From positions 25,767 to 89,766 of the forward strand of contig QPMI01000605.1 in NCBI GenBank assembly GCA_004431415.1: 64,000 nt of DNA, given 5' to 3'. Below are positions 1-11,171 of the stretch, piece by piece (position 1 is the first letter of the stretch; each line of letters opens with the position of its first letter). The translations under genes and the position numbers were made by a program. The notes under the pieces are model-generated. The model was given only the letters and a program-made list of their open reading frames with translations, searched no databases and was not told the origin of the DNA. This DNA comes from Cyanophora paradoxa CCMP329 (Eukaryota; Plantae; Glaucophyta).

Positions 1-1052
1 ATTTCAGTTGTGAATGTGATGTCTTTGGAGTTGGCATAGGTCTTAAGAACACTGTGGGAGCCATTTGATTTGTCAACAGTCTCATAATCACGAACTGAAA
101 CAAGCAGAGCATAGACAAGACCTGAGATTTGAGAGAGGTTAATTCGATTGGGCTGGGCATTGCCCTTGGCAGGGAAAGCAATGGCATCTACAAATCCAAT
201 ATCAAGGGAGGGAATAGCCATGCCAGTAGTCTTTACTTTTTCAATTACAGTAGCGAAAAGCTCATCAGAAACATTAATAGCATGCATGTAAAGGCGAGGA
301 GAAGTAATTGAAATAGCAGGGGTTGTTGCACCAAGACTGAAAGTGGTGATGTTTTGACCAACATGGGCAAGTGTAGCATTAGCAGTATCACCAAGACCAT
401 CATCTTCTGTCTTATCAGTAGCTGTCCCACCAACAACAGGGAGAGAGCGACCACCATAGGAAGTTTCAACATAACCCTTTCCAGCATCCTTAAACCAAAC
501 AGTAACAACCATTTCACCAGATAAAGCACCAAGGGGAAGATAGTGATTTAGCCAAGGCACTGGGATCTCAACGAAAAATGAGCCACCAAGTCGGTTGGTT
601 CCATGAGCAGGGATACCATGAACCATGCCCATTGAGCGTTTCTTTTTAGCTAGTTGATCCTCCGAATAATAGACCAGGGGGAAATGAGCAAGGAAATCAG
701 AAGGGATGTGGTAGGTGTAAGATCCATAGGTAATTTCAAGTCGCTGAACTAAAGCACCAACTGGGCGAGTGTATCCATTGCGAACTAGATCTTCACCAGC
801 AAAAGTGATTTCTGGTAGGTCGAAAGCAAGTTCGAGTTTTCCACAGAAATTGTAGCGAGGTAGCTTGAAGGAAATGCGATTTCCTACATTATTCTCAAAA
901 GTATTGCTGGGATTCACAACAACTAGAACTGGCTTAGACTTGGATTCGAGACCAAGCATAAGGGAGTTATCCAGGAAAAAGGCTTTCGCCTCTTCTGGGG
1001 TTGTTAGGGCTTCTTTCAGCGAAAGTCTTTGAAGAGTGGAAGTGATATCCAT
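1..1052 (-). CDS. Double jelly-roll major capsid protein of element A (3'-truncated by the window edge; not in the ORF track)
   Basis: Manual translation gives an open frame MLGLESKSKPVLVVVNPSN...SFKLPRY...YLPLGAL...INLSQISGLVYALLVSVRD that runs off the left edge. It aligns with the 21233-22459 MCP (KYKPFL, YFDLPRK, YFPLCTL, VTLANVSGLVHSILMTVRE). Restoring one C in each of two C-runs extends it to the ATG at 1052 (MDITSTLQRLSLKEALTTP, compare TTLKELLVTP). Confidence 0.85.
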   Translation of the reverse strand, partial: MDITSTLQRLSLKEALTTPEEAKAFFLDNSLMLGLESKSKPVLVVVNPSNTFENNVGNRISFKLPRYNFCGKLELAFDLPEITFAGEDLVRNGYTRPVGALVQRLEITYGSYTYHIPSDFLAHFPLVYYSEDQLAKKKRSMGMVHGIPAHGTNRLGGSFFVEIPVPWLNHYLPLGALSGEMVVTVWFKDAGKGYVETSYGGRSLPVVGGTATDKTEDDGLGDTANATLAHVGQNITTFSLGATTPAISITSPRLYMHAINVSDELFATVIEKVKTTGMAIPSLDIGFVDAIAFPAKGNAQPNRINLSQISGLVYALLVSVRDYETVDKSNGSHSVLKTYANSKDITFTTE

Positions 1053-1105
1053 TATATTCTCTTTTATTATACTGCAACATAAAAAATCTACCAATGATCC
1101 TTAAT

Positions 1106-2116
1106 TTATGCGAAGTTTGTAATAACTGGATAGGAAGGGTGAAGCTGTGACATTCGCATCTTAAAGTATTCATAAACTGGGTCCCCAGCTGGCTCATCAC
1201 CATAGCGAATTTCAAAGGTCAGATGAACAGGTTGACCCTCAAAATCAATTGGTTCATTAATAGCATTTACAATATCAACCGAGAAAGTGGATAATCCAAC
1301 TTTCTTATTATAGTATTTGTAAAGTGGATGAGCCTCTGTTGAATTGTAAACTACATGCTCACCATAGTCTTTGTCAGGGACCACTATTTTATGGAAGTAA
1401 CCAGTCAGAAGACCATCCCCACATTGCACCAGATCACCCAGCTCCTTTACTCTCACAAACAAAACACTGTCCCTGGTCTTCTCAGGCTCAAAAGAAGATA
1501 GAATACCGTTCACTCGAGTCCCAGTAAAGATACCATCAGTGAGAGCATCATAAACTTGTGATTGGATTGGGGAGTTACCATATCTTCCAGGATCAAGACC
1601 CAGCAGTCTAGCTGAACTCAACAGCTTTTGGATTGTTTGTTGGCTTGGGTTCACAGCTACTGAGAAAGCCAAGTAAAACGGTACTGCTGAGTGGAATATA
1701 ATTCGTTTCAGTGATTCATCCCATTTGCAGCGAATGGATGGTTGGGGATTTCTGCCTTCGAATTTAGAGTTAATTACATTCACCAGTTGTTGGTGGCTTT
1801 GGATGGGGGTGTTTCGACTTATAATGAATTGTTTCCATTGTTCATAGTCAGCAGCTGGGCGAACTGTTGGAATTCCTGAGCTTCCAGCTCCAGGAGTTTG
1901 TTCAGAATAATAAATGCTAAATGCATTGTCAACTGTCACATCTCCAACTTTGGTTTCACCACTCACCATAGGGATGCTGTTATAAAATTCGGCTGATACC
2001 AGTCTCACAGCCCTCACATTCTCATAACTACTGGGGAGTCTTGCCACAAAGCTTGATGTGGGACCATCACCAGAGATTGTATTAAATGAGCTAACCTCGA
2101 TGTAATCCACAGGCAT
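1106..2116 (-). CDS. Minor capsid (penton-like single jelly-roll) protein 1, element A
   Basis: 336 aa. N-terminal YIEVSS...SFVARLPSSYENVRAVRLVSAEFYN and C-terminal LSTFSVDIVNAINEPIDFEGQPVHLTFEI resemble 20281-21180 and PLV/NCLDV pentons. Lies directly upstream of the MCP. Confidence 0.75.
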   Translation of the reverse strand: MPVDYIEVSSFNTISGDGPTSSFVARLPSSYENVRAVRLVSAEFYNSIPMVSGETKVGDVTVDNAFSIYYSEQTPGAGSSGIPTVRPAADYEQWKQFIISRNTPIQSHQQLVNVINSKFEGRNPQPSIRCKWDESLKRIIFHSAVPFYLAFSVAVNPSQQTIQKLLSSARLLGLDPGRYGNSPIQSQVYDALTDGIFTGTRVNGILSSFEPEKTRDSVLFVRVKELGDLVQCGDGLLTGYFHKIVVPDKDYGEHVVYNSTEAHPLYKYYNKKVGLSTFSVDIVNAINEPIDFEGQPVHLTFEIRYGDEPAGDPVYEYFKMRMSQLHPSYPVITNFA

Positions 2117-2145
2117 TCTTCTTTTATCTATATTTATATATTAAA

Positions 2146-3075
2146 ATGAATCGACTTGTTAATATTGATAGCAGGGATAGAAGCCAAGGACAAAATGAAA
2201 ACTCTTACAGGGTCACTCTCACAACTCCAGTAGAGAGACCAAGGGAATGCAGGGTTCTCTATGCAGAGATTCCAAACAGTATCTATAACAGTGTGGGAAC
2301 TGATCATCTAACAGTTCAGTTTAATTACCAAGATGGTTCATACAATGAAATCATCACACAGAAAGTGTATCCCTTCCCAGTGGCTACATTAACCAGGGTC
2401 ATTTTGGGGTAACACACCCTTATAATTATGGGCTGAACTATTCAAGCTTCCAAACCATTGCAGGCAAAACAGTAGCTTTTGAGTTCAAGATATTCTATAA
2501 CCCAACTACCTATAAAGTGGAGTTTTACAGTAACCATGAGTTTCGTTTTATTGCAAGCAACCAGAGAATAGGGAAGCTTTTGGGTGTGAGTTCTACTGAA
2601 TACACCAATGGGTATTATAGCACTCCTCCTGTTGGTGGATCACCCTATCGACCTGAGAACCTGTTAAAGTATGATGGCAAACCTATTACACCTGATCACC
2701 CAGCATGGGGAACCACCTTTTCGGGACCCAGACTCTCATCTAAGCCCTTGCAATATTATTTTGACAGCAGGAAGATGTCTGATATGAATGCTGAGCAGTA
2801 TCTGTACATGCATATTAAAGAGCTGTCCCCTTTGCCAGCAGACACAATATAATCCCGAAATCGCAACCACATAACCAGGGGCAATCCTTAGACTGCAATT
2901 GAGTAAAGATATAGGCGGCTATGTTTACCATAGTGGTGAGCATGCCGAATTCATTCAGATAAATGACAGAAACCTGGTGATAAGGGAACTCACTGTGGAG
3001 TTTAAAGATTACTTTGGTGAACTGATTGATATGAATGGAATCGACAATTCTTTTCAGTTGGAGTTTATCGAATAA
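2146..3075 (+). CDS. Minor capsid (penton-like) protein 2, element A, broken by several frameshifts
   Basis: Starts MNRLVNIDSRDR...YRVTLTTPVERPRECRVLYAEIPNSIYN (IDSRDR penton motif). Continues through ORF 2517-2852 (YLYMHIKEL) and ends ELTVEFKDYFGELIDMNGIDNSFQLEFIE* at 3075. Confidence 0.75.
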
Positions 3076-4618
3076 AGGCACCTGTAAAGTCCACTCTCAT
3101 TGTGGGAGCATTCACATACACAAGGGGATAAATGCGAATATACTTGATTCTGAGAGAAAAACCTATGTAAAAAGCATCCTTGATGCTGAGAGGAAATCCA
3201 CTCAATAGAGCCACATCACCAGAGTTGTGAGCATTGTTAATGTTCTCACAGACATATATTTTGTTTTGCCCATCTGATCGAATAAAAGACCAGTTGATCC
3301 CATCAGTGGATGTTGCCACATTGAAAGTCTTAATAAAAGCATTGGTGTCCCCTGAACCATAGGCAATAACAGAGGAGAGTTCGAAAGTATATGGGAAAGC
3401 AACTTGAAGGTATTCAGTGGGGTTTCCCATATCTGCTCAGGAGCATAGGCTCCAGCTTCCCAGCCAAATGCTGAAGGTCTAGCCATGAAAGGCTCTTTAC
3501 CTGTCACAGAGGATGAGGCAGTGAAGGCATCATCTGCAAGCTGATACCAATTTGCATCCAAAGGAGGTGATGTAGTGAGAGTGGATGATATGTAAGCCTT
3601 TGAAGGGTTCTTTAATTCATAGTTTGCTACTAGAATGCTGCAAAGCTTATTAATCATATCATTGTTTGCTGCAATGTATGTTTCAGTGAATGCAAGCATG
3701 TCTGGGATTTTAGAAGTGTCATCCAGGGAGCTTACTATATGATTTGGAAGTGGGACTGATAGCCTATAGTATCTCCCATAATCCTGATCATAGTTGTAGG
3801 GTAACAACTCCTCCATCTTATCAAGGGCAGAAAGCTCACTTGCAGCCATGAGCATGTTAATCAATGGGCTTCCATCTGTTGAGGCAATCCATGAGAGAAT
3901 TCCCCAGCTGTTCACAGTCTCATAAGCATAACCCACATAATCAGACTCTAAATGTGGGTCCACCTCTCCACAAGAGATACTTATTACTATAATATCATCA
4001 TCATCACTGTAAATCTTCTTTGCATGGCTGTAACCACACACACTGGGATTATTGTTTCCCGAAATGGCACCATCAATGAGACAGACATATACTCCCCGAT
4101 TGAAATCAACAATGCTTACAGGAGAGAAATATGTAGGAGCAGCAGAAGTAGCCCTGGCAGCAATCTTACAAGGCATAAAGTTGTAATTGTTGTCATTTGT
4201 GATAAATATTGGTTTCATATTCTGAGTATCAAAGGATGTAATCACAATGTCTTTTAGGGAATCCTGTATTAGTGATTCACCAGTAACTGAATTGATTGCA
4301 GTCTCCAAGGGTCCCACATCATATTTTGTATTAAAGGGCATTTTCGATGATATTTCGAGGATTTGCAAAAATCAAGGGCAGTTGAGTTAGGTAAATATTG
4401 TGTAAATCGTTTGCTGTCAGTTTAGGTTCACCTGGTTTATCAGGATGCCTGATATTCAAACCTATTGCAATGATCCCACCAGTGGAAGTTCCACTTACAA
4501 GATCCACAAGATCGATTATTCTTCTGCCAGTTCGATTTTCGATTTCTTTGAGCAGCCTGGTTATGATAATGCCCCTTGCACCCCCGCCAGAAAGACTTAA
4601 ACAAACCCTGAGAGGCAT
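3065..4618 (-). CDS. Patatin-like phospholipase fused to a C-terminal F5/8 type C (discoidin) domain; two frameshifts
   Basis: Joins ORFs 4331-4618, 3202-4368 and 3065-3430. Patatin motifs GGGARG, GTSTG, ATSAAPTYF, DGA. Discoidin motifs EYLQVAF, TSTDGINW, YIRIYP...TMRVDFTG. Confidence 0.85.
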
Positions 4619-4661
4619 CTTTTACTTATCAGGAATTTTATAAATCCATATAGTAAAAGCC

Positions 4662-7600
4662 ATGAGCTTCAATTACCCACCAAATCTAGAAACCATTCAA
4701 GATGATAATGCAAGCAGCACCAAGCATGTGAACTTTGATAATATTAAAGTAAAGGGTTCAGTTTCGATTGACCACAGTTCCGATAATTCATCCAAGACTC
4801 AATCAAGGGAGCATGCTTTATCTGTGAATCAAACCGATCCAGATAAGGAGGAAGTTAGTGTTGCTTTTAGCTTGGGTAATGTGAAAGCAAACCAAGTGGC
4901 AGAGATCAAAGCAACAAGAAGGAGACCTAGGAAACTCAAAACCAGTGGCACTCACCCAGATATACCTTCTAGGTTTGATAGTGGTCGATTGATTTTCAAT
5001 GTTCAAGATGAGCAGGGCAAACAGAACACAGGTTTGCGAATTTACAATGAGGGCAGCACTGCAAAAGCTGAGGTCCCCCAAGTATTGCAAGTAGGTCCCA
5101 TTGCCAACACAAATCAGGTCTCCTACACAAATGATGTCTACCCCAAGGATATTACATATGACTTTGCAAGGAATGAGCCTTTTGGGTTCTTTACTCCAAA
5201 AGATGTCCATCAAAAAAGCCATCAATTACAATCAACAGTAGCCCCAGTCAACCAGTAGCAATCCATTTACATCCTGATTTAGTCGAAATGGATAGGCACC
5301 TTTTGCCTTTGTATAGCAATGTGAAAGACCTTGGAATTCGAACCAGGCAATGGCGAAATATCCATGGCAGCAATGTGTATGCAAATGGTGAGAAGCTTGT
5401 AAGTGAGAAGACCATAAGAGAGATCTTTGAGTATTATGGACCTGTCCCAGTTCCCTTCCCTCTTCCATGGGATCCACCGGATTTAACACCGAAAAAGCAA
5501 CCAGGCAGAGAGTACACAGCAGATGAGACAGTTCCTTTTGGGCAACACATTGTTAGTTGGGAGCAAGTTCGCAATAAACCTATCTTCGAACCGAAAAAGC
5601 AAATAGATGAGCAGTATTTACCTCCTGAAGTCGACATATTAGAGCTTGATGAATATCAATTCGTTCCAGATGAGGAAGAGTATTTACCAGATGGTTTTGA
5701 CCCACAAGAGTATGAATATGATCAATATGACCCAAATGAGGAGGAAATATTACCAGATGGCTTAGATCCACAAGAGTATGAGTATGAGCAGAACTATGAA
5801 CCCCATGAGGAGTATTTACCAGATGGTCATGATCCACCAGCTGTTGACTATGAGCAACCTTATGAACCCCATGAGGAACTATTACCAGATGGATTTCGCC
5901 CAGAGATTTGGGAATTCTTCCCTGATTGGGAGCAGATCAACAATAAACCAGCCAGATATCCACCAGAGGATCACAACCATGACTGGGATGAGATCTTAGG
6001 TAAACCAGAGAAATTCCCACCAGAGGATCACAGGCATGATTGGGGTGATCTGGATGGGATACCAGATAAGTTTGCAGCAAGCAACCATGAACACACCTGG
6101 GATGAGATCAATGACCAACCAGAATTCGCAAAAGTAGAGCCTCTTGCTACTCTGGGAGTTTCTCTTTACCAGACTTGTAATATCCCTGAAAGAATCTTTT
6201 TGAATGAACACTATGTACATGTGAATGGGACACTTGCAAATTCAGCTATGAGAGGACCACTTCATATTAGGACATTACCAGGCTCTTTTGAAACCCCACC
6301 ACCACCAGGAGCAACCATACCAAATATCTTTGTGTCAAGCTACATGGAGGCTGACATTCCCACAGATACATTCAGAGTCCCAACAGACCCAGCAACCTAC
6401 CAAAATTACAACTCTGCTATACAGGTTCATGTAGCAGATGTAAGCAGCTTAGATGGCTCAAGACCAATGATAGTTTTCAGTCGAGATAAGTATTCCTACA
6501 TTCCCATAGTGGGAACTGCAAATGATAATTATGGAAGGGCAGAGCTTGCATGGATTAAAACAGATTATGGTGGGGTTCTGGAAGCCAATCAAAGAATGGC
6601 TGCAAAAAACATACACAATGAGAGCATTTCGAGAGTAGTCACAGAGGATTACCTTCAAGCCCAAAACTACATAGATGAAACAGAGCTGAATGTAATCATT
6701 GCAGGTATAGGTATTGGTGTTACAGGCAATTACCTCCCTCTCACAGGTGGGACTATTGATGGAACAGTAACAGCATGTAACTTCTTTGTCCATACTGAAA
6801 GCAATCAAACCTTTCCTGTGGTTCATCCAGGAGGTGAGTATGAGATACCTGATGATCCAGCTATTATGCCCATTAAGATTGATCTCCCTTCTGATTATGT
6901 GGGAAGGGGTGAACTAAAAACTATTTCATTCACAGGAGATTATAATGATCTCATAAACAAACCGACCGCAGCAAATCTACACCCTGTTGCATTTTCGGGT
7001 AGCTTCCTCGATCTTAATAATAGATCACACACCCATACAAAGGCAGAAATCACAGATTTCGCACATACTCACACCAGATCCCAAATAACAGATTTTGCAC
7101 ATACCCACAGCCGAGCAGATATTACGAATTTCGCTCACACTCATGTTAAATCAGAGATAACAGATCTCGGAAATGTTGCATATGTTGGTCACACCCATAC
7201 AAAGGCAGAGATTACAGATTTTGCCCACAATCACACAAAGGCAGAGATAACAGATTTTGCACACACTCATGATTGGAATACAGATATTTATAACAAACCA
7301 GCGATTTTTTCGGGCAACTACAATGATTTGACCAATAGACCAACTCTTGATCCATTCACAGCTACCACCATCAGAGCGAATAACACAATGTATGTAGGAT
7401 CAGGTCAGATAGTAGAACCAGCAGGACCTATGTTTGAAGAAACATGGTTCTTTCACAATTCGCAAAATTACTTTGATAAGACCTTACTTGTTCGTGGAAA
7501 TGCCTATGCAAGAAATTTCTACGCTATGAACCCTTCCAATAATGCTTCTATAAGTAGATGTTTAACTGAAGCAGATCTTTCCAGTCAACTCAATGCATAT

Positions 7601-7891
7601 TTCAATGGGAAACTTCAAGCAGGAACGTATGTTTACACTACTCCTTATCTTTGGGCAAACCCTGACCATAGGTTTAACCTCACTATTAATTTCAACAGCA
7701 GCTTTGCTAACCCTCCTATCGTAACAACCGGTATACAACACAATGAGACAGCCTACTACTACCGCATGTATGTTAGGCTTAAACAAGTTTACAGTAGCTA
7801 TTTCACATGTGAGCTTGAAATAGTTCCATTAAGTTCTTTTGACAGACCAGGATTTCCAGTTACAATTCATTACACTGCTGTCGCAATTTAA
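4662..7891 (+). CDS. Large tail-fibre/spike-like protein (~1,075 aa, one frameshift near 5250) with acidic repeats, His-x-His repeats and a C-terminal H-type-lectin-like tip
   Basis: The frame of ORF 5288-7891 is open upstream (PVAIHLHPDLVE) into the end of ORF 4662-5258. Fibre motifs DLGIRTRQWRNIH, YLPLTGGT, SGNYNDLTNRP and HTHTKAEITDFA repeats. Tip FNSSFANPPIVTTGI...QVYSSYFT. Confidence 0.75.
5606..5900 (+). repeat. Coding tandem repeat, ~66-69 bp unit, 4-5 copies (EEEYLPDGxDP...YE)
   Basis: Repeated GAGGA...ATTTACCAGATGG...GATCCAC, visible in both DNA and protein. Confidence 0.85.
7026..7280 (+). repeat. Coding tandem repeat, 36-bp unit (HTHTKAEITDFA), about 7 copies
   Basis: Directly visible. 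Three related 60-bp HxHxW units lie at ~5965-6115. Confidence 0.9.
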
Positions 7892-7910
7892 CTATTTCGT
7901 TATTACAAAG

Positions 7911-8933
7911 ATGACCTCTCTATTAGAAATCCCAAACTATGAACTTGCAGCCAAATCACTCCATAGCACCTCACATGAAGTAGTTGACTCTACACCCGGT
8001 TTTATTTGCACTGAAACCACAAGCAATACATCTTTTACAGAAGGGAATATACTGAGAGTGAAAGAAATAAGATGTGATCGCAATAATGGTAAGATAAGAA
8101 CCACAGGTATTATTATCTCGAACAAAAATCAAGTTCAAGCGGGTCAAATAGTCCCCGATTCAGCAATATATGATAATGTGGGTGGATTCACCACAGCAAA
8201 GATAGTTACTTTTGATAACACAAGTAATACTTCTGCTCTTGTAGTTAAAAGTGGAGGAGCATACATTGGTGATGGAGCAAATGTAGCAGGAACTCTGACA
8301 GCAAATCAATTGAATGTGAGTGGGACAAGTTCATTTGCAGGATTGATGACCTTTAATGGTGGTCTTTCAGGAAGTATTCAGTATGGAACTATCACAGCTA
8401 CTACAAGAATTAATGCACCTGAGATAGATAATGGTAAAGATTCGAATGTAAATTATAGAAGAAATGGAACTACAATGTTTACTCTCGAAAAGACAGCGGA
8501 AAATATTGAAACATTCAAAATATCGGGCTTTTTAAAACGGAGTGGTTGCCCACGATTTATGGCAACAAAAGCAACAACAGCCGTTTCATCTACCTTTACC
8601 GCCTCAGGTTACATTGTTTCATTTCCAACAGTGTTAGTTAACCAAGGAAATAATTTTGATTCTGCAACAGGAACATTTGTAGCTCCTATTGAAGGATGCT
8701 ATCGATTCTTCTTCACAGGAATGCAGTCATCATCTTCATCCGTTTTGATATTATATCGAAATGGTTCAAGCACATTCCTGTCGACAATCAGTTCGGCAAC
8801 TGGAACTCACTCCTTTGCATTAGATTGTTTTTTAAATCTTGCACAGAATGATTCAATCCGCATATTTAGTAACACACAAATAACATTAAACACAAGGTTC
8901 TTATTTGGAGGAATGCTGATTAGTTCAATATAA
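7911..8933 (+). CDS. Fibre paralogue 1: shared N-terminal anchor plus C1q/TNF-like head
   Basis: ATG at 7911. Anchor KEIRCDRNNGKIRTT...SGGAYIGDG. Head GNNFDSATGTFVAPIEGCYRFFF...LNLAQNDSI...FGGMLI is a typical C1q pattern. Confidence 0.8.
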   Translation: MTSLLEIPNYELAAKSLHSTSHEVVDSTPGFICTETTSNTSFTEGNILRVKEIRCDRNNGKIRTTGIIISNKNQVQAGQIVPDSAIYDNVGGFTTAKIVTFDNTSNTSALVVKSGGAYIGDGANVAGTLTANQLNVSGTSSFAGLMTFNGGLSGSIQYGTITATTRINAPEIDNGKDSNVNYRRNGTTMFTLEKTAENIETFKISGFLKRSGCPRFMATKATTAVSSTFTASGYIVSFPTVLVNQGNNFDSATGTFVAPIEGCYRFFFTGMQSSSSSVLILYRNGSSTFLSTISSATGTHSFALDCFLNLAQNDSIRIFSNTQITLNTRFLFGGMLISSI

Positions 8934-8955
8934 TATTCGAACTGTATTGTAAAGA

Positions 8956-9981
8956 ATGACTACTCAAATAGCTGTTCCTGTTTTCTGTTATGCTGCACCA
9001 AAAATTCATCAACTTAATCACACAGTAACAGATGCAACTCCTGGTTTCATATGCACAGAAACAACAGGAGCAGATTCATTTTCGCAGAATTCAGTTTTAA
9101 GATGCAAGGAAATTCGATGTGATCGCAATAATGGGAAAGTAAGAACCACAGGTTTAATAGTTTCAAACAAGAACCAAGTTCAATCTGGATCGATTGTATC
9201 AGATTCAGCAATTTATGATGATGTGGGAGGGTTCACCACACCCAAGATTGTCAATTTTGACAACACTGTTAATAATTCGGCTCTTGTAGTAAATAGTGGA
9301 GGCGCTTATATTGGAGATGGGGCAAGGGTTGATGGAACTCTAACGGCGAACCAGATAAATATAGCTGGAACAAGCACATTTACAGGACCTGTTGCAGCAA
9401 ATGGTGGAATTCATGCCCCAAGTTACTCACACCAAATACTGGAAGCATCTACAAAAGTAGTTACACCAGAAGTAGACACTGGGGCAGATGTAAACCTTCT
9501 CTTGAAACGGAATAGCACTAATATAGCAACTCTTGAACCAAACAGTTTCACAATTAACCAAGGATACTATCTAAAACAAAATTCTCAACCACGATTTTGC
9601 GCTCAATTAGGATATAATCATACAGCAACAAGCGCCTCCGATTTGATAAACTGGGGAATAATCCATGTGAACCATCCTACAATACATTTTAATGTTGCTA
9701 ATGGAAGGTTCACGGCTCCTGTATCAGGACATTACCGATTTTCTGCAACTGCAATTTCTACTTCAACAAATGCAATTGAATTGACTCTTAAAATAAATAA
9801 TGCCGATCCAAGTGGTGTTGCAATTAACACAATTAACTCAACAACTGTAACAAACAAAACCATTACCCTTAGTTGCATTCTGTATCTGGCTGTCAATGAA
9901 TTTGCAACGCTTGTGACAAATGCAAATGGAGGTTATAGTTTGAGAACAACATTCTCAGGTGAGCTTATCAGCATAGTTTAA
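8956..9981 (+). CDS. Fibre paralogue 2: shared N-terminal anchor plus C1q/TNF-like head
   Basis: First ~140 aa closely match paralogue 1. Head HFNVANGRFTAPVSGHYRFS...LYLAVNE...TFSGELI. Confidence 0.8.
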   Translation: MTTQIAVPVFCYAAPKIHQLNHTVTDATPGFICTETTGADSFSQNSVLRCKEIRCDRNNGKVRTTGLIVSNKNQVQSGSIVSDSAIYDDVGGFTTPKIVNFDNTVNNSALVVNSGGAYIGDGARVDGTLTANQINIAGTSTFTGPVAANGGIHAPSYSHQILEASTKVVTPEVDTGADVNLLLKRNSTNIATLEPNSFTINQGYYLKQNSQPRFCAQLGYNHTATSASDLINWGIIHVNHPTIHFNVANGRFTAPVSGHYRFSATAISTSTNAIELTLKINNADPSGVAINTINSTTVTNKTITLSCILYLAVNEFATLVTNANGGYSLRTTFSGELISIV

Positions 9982-10002
9982 TTTTCTCTTTATAAAGTAA
10001 GG

Positions 10003-10268
10003 ATGTCAAATATCTACCAAGTGGTTCTCTCAGATACTGAAAAATTGGGAATGGAATATTGCGCTGCTTCTGTTCAGGATTGGATTGATAATGCTGCCCA
10101 CAACAGGGCGAGAATTGCAATTGATGAGATTGTTCAGAAAGAGATACAGTCTTGCATCTCAGCTGGTATCCAAATACCAACCTCAAAGGAGGCTATTGTT
10201 TTACAGGCATTCCAAAGGGGACTGTGAAAAAAGCGATCGAGTATAATAATGTCACAGAAGAACAATGA
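10003..10268 (+). CDS. Small helical protein following the C1q fibres, possible fibre partner or chaperone (probable frameshift near 10222)
   Basis: LSDTEKLGMEYCAASVQDWIDNAAHNRARIAIDEIV resembles, from memory, small proteins next to C1q fibre genes in aquatic tailed phages. A one-base correction extends it to VKKAIEYNNVTEEQ* at 10268. Confidence 0.55.
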
Positions 10269-10303
10269 ACATTATTTTTCTTTCCTTCTTAGTAAAAGAA
10301 GCA

Positions 10304-11148
10304 ATGGGTGAATATAATCGAGTTCAACTCCCAATATATTCCTTGGATCCCCTGCAATGCATTTTCGCCAGCATGAAGTAAATGATGAGGTTCGTGGTTT
10401 AGAATCCACAGAGAGACCCAATTCCAATGGTAACTCCTTTGATAAGAATTCGATTATTCGAGTTAAAGAGCTGAGAGCTGATAAGAACTCAGGTGTGGTG
10501 AAAACAACTCGACTTCTTGTCACAAATGCTAACTTTTTCCAACCTACTAATGGAGGTCCTGATGCTTACAGTGTTGATCTGAAAGCCCTTGATTTCGATA
10601 AGAATTCTGCAGCTGTTACTGTGAGATCAGGAGGAGCTTTTATTGGTGGAGGCTGCAGAGTTTCAGGTCAGCTTTCATCCTCAATTTCGTATAATGATGT
10701 CCCAGATACTCTAGAGCAAAATGTGGAAGACCCCCAACGAATTCGATTATATACTCCTGTCGCACAGCAGCCATTAATTCAATTTTACATTGGATATACT
10801 GTTACTCTTGAAAACTCGGAATTAATTGAAGGAACCAAAAGAGTACTGAGAGGTCTTGCGATTCCATCTGCAATGCTTTCCCTTTGTAGAGCCAACAACA
10901 ATCAAGTAGGTCATAAATACTATTTCAATGTTCAGGGATATAATCATTTCGGTTATGGCTACTGTGTTTATAATAATAATTTCACCTTTGACTTGTTTGT
11001 TACAGATATTGGGTTATATACTATAACTCTTATCGGTTTGAGAACAGATATAGCCGCTGTATCAGCTCTTAGAGGTGTAACTCCTGATACTCTTTCAGTT
11101 ACAGGGTTTTACCAAGAGCCAGATGTAATTGATGACCCAACCCCATAA
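10304..11148 (+). CDS. Fibre paralogue 3: shared anchor plus non-C1q C-terminal domain (frameshift near 10327)
   Basis: KELRADKNSGVVKTT...SGGAFIGGG anchor. The ATG at 10304 joins ORF 10357-11148 with one added base (RVQTPNIFLGSPAMH aligns with RIITPQLSLAAPANH of paralogue 4). Confidence 0.75.
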
Positions 11149-11171
11149 AAGATATATCCCTTTAATGTAAA

